A stretch of DNA of 64,000 bases from Candidatus Oxydemutatoraceae bacterium. GTDB lineage: Bacteria; Pseudomonadota; Gammaproteobacteria; Poriferisulfidales; Oxydemutatoraceae. The stretch lies in assembly GCA_965219575.1 (NCBI GenBank), contig OZ244779.1:428769-492768 (forward strand), given 5' to 3'. Positions 62,136-64,000 of the stretch are shown one piece after another. Each line of letters starts with the position of its first letter. Position 1 is the stretch's first letter. The translations under genes and the position numbers were made by a program. The notes under the pieces were generated by a model. That model was given only the letters and a program-made list of their open reading frames with translations. It did not search any database and was not told where the DNA came from.

Positions 62136-63113
62136 ATGGCGAATAACCAAAGCCTCCATTCGGCACATGCTGCAAAAAAAGATGAGTTCTACACTCAGCT
62201 ACCAGATATAGAAAAGGAACTCCAACATTACAAAAAACATTTCCGAGGCAAGGTTGTCTACTGCAACTGCGATGATCCGAAAGTAAGTAATTTTTTTCAT
62301 TATTTCTCGTATAATTTTGAGAATCTTGGTTTGAAGAAGCTTATTACGACATGTTACAAAAGCAAATATCAGGATATGTTCAGTAAAAACGACTCGGAAC
62401 AAGCTATCTGGTTAGAATATGATGGTGATAAGAACGAAAACAGAATTCCGGATCCGGAAGAAATTGGTATTTTCTCACTAAAAGGTGATGGAGATTTTCG
62501 TAGCAAAGAATGTATTGATCTTCTGAAGCAAGCCGACATTATTTGCACCAACCCCCCTTTTTCCTTGTTTAGAGAGTATGTGGCACAATTAATAGAATAC
62601 GACAAGAAGTTTCTAATTATTGGAAATCAAAACGCTATCACTTATAAAGAAATTTTTTCACTTATTAAGCAAAATAGAATATGGTTGGGCAACACAAAGG
62701 GAGATATGGAGTTTGCAGTTCCAGAGTATTATCCACCCAAGAAACATCGTTATAGGATGGATGAAAACGGAACAAAATTTTACAGTCTTGGAAATGCAAC
62801 ATGGTTTACGAATCTAGATATAGAGAAACGCCACGAAGAGTTAATTTTGTACAAAAAATACTACGAAAATAAGAGTGAATATCCAAGGTATGACAACTAC
62901 GATGCCATTGAAGTGAGCAGAGTAGAGTATATTCCTAAAGATTGGGATGGAGCGATGGGAGTTCCGATTACCTTTTTGGATAAACACAACCCAGACCAGT
63001 TTGATATAATCAAATTCAGAAAAGGAAATGATGAAAAAGATTTAAGTATAAATGGAGAATGTCCTTATTTTCGTATCCTTATTCGTAACAAGAAACCAGC
63101 TACAAAAAAATGA
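62136..63113 (+). CDS. EcoRI-family adenine-specific DNA methyltransferase, copy 2
   Basis: Same motifs as copy 1; divergent central variable segment. Confidence 0.9.
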   Translation: MANNQSLHSAHAAKKDEFYTQLPDIEKELQHYKKHFRGKVVYCNCDDPKVSNFFHYFSYNFENLGLKKLITTCYKSKYQDMFSKNDSEQAIWLEYDGDKNENRIPDPEEIGIFSLKGDGDFRSKECIDLLKQADIICTNPPFSLFREYVAQLIEYDKKFLIIGNQNAITYKEIFSLIKQNRIWLGNTKGDMEFAVPEYYPPKKHRYRMDENGTKFYSLGNATWFTNLDIEKRHEELILYKKYYENKSEYPRYDNYDAIEVSRVEYIPKDWDGAMGVPITFLDKHNPDQFDIIKFRKGNDEKDLSINGECPYFRILIRNKKPATKK

Positions 63114-64000
63114 AAATAGAACTCAGAGAAATAACGGTGCGAAAACTCGTTGATGGTTATAGAGACAATGACGAGGAAGGTGTAGTCGGTTATTCAGGGA
63201 AACTTGATATTCGCCCTCCCTACCAAAGAGAATTTGTGTACAAAGATAAGCAAAGAGATGCTGTTATTGACACCATAACCAGAGACTTTCCTTTGAATGT
63301 GATGTATTGGGCAGTCCGAGATAACGACACCTACGAGATTATCGATGGACAGCAACGCACAGTCTCTATTGCCCGGTATGTAAATGGGGATTTTTCATTC
63401 AACCAACTATATTTCCATAACCTGCCGGACGACAAACAAAACCAAATACTCAATTATAAAATCATGGTTTATTTTTGCGAGGGAACAGATAGCGAGAGAC
63501 TCCAGTGGTTTAAGACGATCAATATCGCAGGGGAAAAATTAACCGATCAAGAATTGCGCAACGCAGTTTATGCAGGGTCATGGGTCTCGGACGCTAAAAG
63601 ATATTTTAGTAAAAGCAATTGTCCAGCACATGGAATGGGAGGAGACTACCTTAGTGGAAGCCCAATTAGGCAGGAGTATTTACAGGCAGTTATTAAATGG
63701 ATAAGCGAAGATAACATTGAAGATTACATGGCGCAACACCACCACAACCCCAATGCTAAAGAATTGTGGGAGTATTTCCAAAAAGTGATTGATTGGCTAG
63801 AAAGCGTTTTCATAAAGAAACGGCGCGAGATGAAATCAGTAGAATGGGGTTATTTGTATAATGAATACAAGGACATAAATGTTGACCCAGAAAAAGTTGA
63901 AAAAGAAGTGGTGAAACTTCTGTGCGATGATGATGTGACCAAGCAATCAGGCATATATCCGTACATCCTTTCTCGTGAAGAAAAACATCTTAACATCCGA
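63110..64000 (+). CDS. DUF262 (GmrS/ParB-like) domain putative endonuclease, partial; runs off the window edge
   Basis: Manual translation: MKIELREITV...PPYQREFVY...IIDGQQRT...FKTINIAGEKL...ELRNA. Frame is open to the window end. Confidence 0.85.
   Translation, partial: MKIELREITVRKLVDGYRDNDEEGVVGYSGKLDIRPPYQREFVYKDKQRDAVIDTITRDFPLNVMYWAVRDNDTYEIIDGQQRTVSIARYVNGDFSFNQLYFHNLPDDKQNQILNYKIMVYFCEGTDSERLQWFKTINIAGEKLTDQELRNAVYAGSWVSDAKRYFSKSNCPAHGMGGDYLSGSPIRQEYLQAVIKWISEDNIEDYMAQHHHNPNAKELWEYFQKVIDWLESVFIKKRREMKSVEWGYLYNEYKDINVDPEKVEKEVVKLLCDDDVTKQSGIYPYILSREEKHLNIR

Overview
Gammaproteobacterial chromosomal window. It holds housekeeping genes (suhB, maf, sppA, rluC, recG-ridA-spoT-rpoZ, metG-rnfA-rnfB) and a ~32 kb lanthanide/PQQ alcohol-oxidation region. 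That region contains an aldehyde dehydrogenase, acs, xoxF-xoxG-xoxJ, pqqABCDE (pqqA is missed by the ORF track), two ABC systems, two outer-membrane proteins and an ExbB/MotA-like operon. An orphan dsrL suggests sulfur oxidation as well. There are two defence loci. One is an AT-rich MTase + PD-(D/E)XK nuclease + GHKL-ATPase operon next to rpoZ. The other is a tandem pair of EcoRI-family MTases with different variable regions in front of a DUF262 nuclease. Mobile DNA: an intact IS1595 with an 8-bp TSD, an IS3 remnant with a solo homologous end, and an Rpn gene broken by a single in-frame TAG. About 14 intergenic sites (roughly 5.5 kb) hold a combinatorial REP/MITE-like repeat family built from a few shuffled modules, with local tandem arrays. 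No rRNA, tRNA or CRISPR array was seen. All calls come from reading sequence and motifs; no database search was run.
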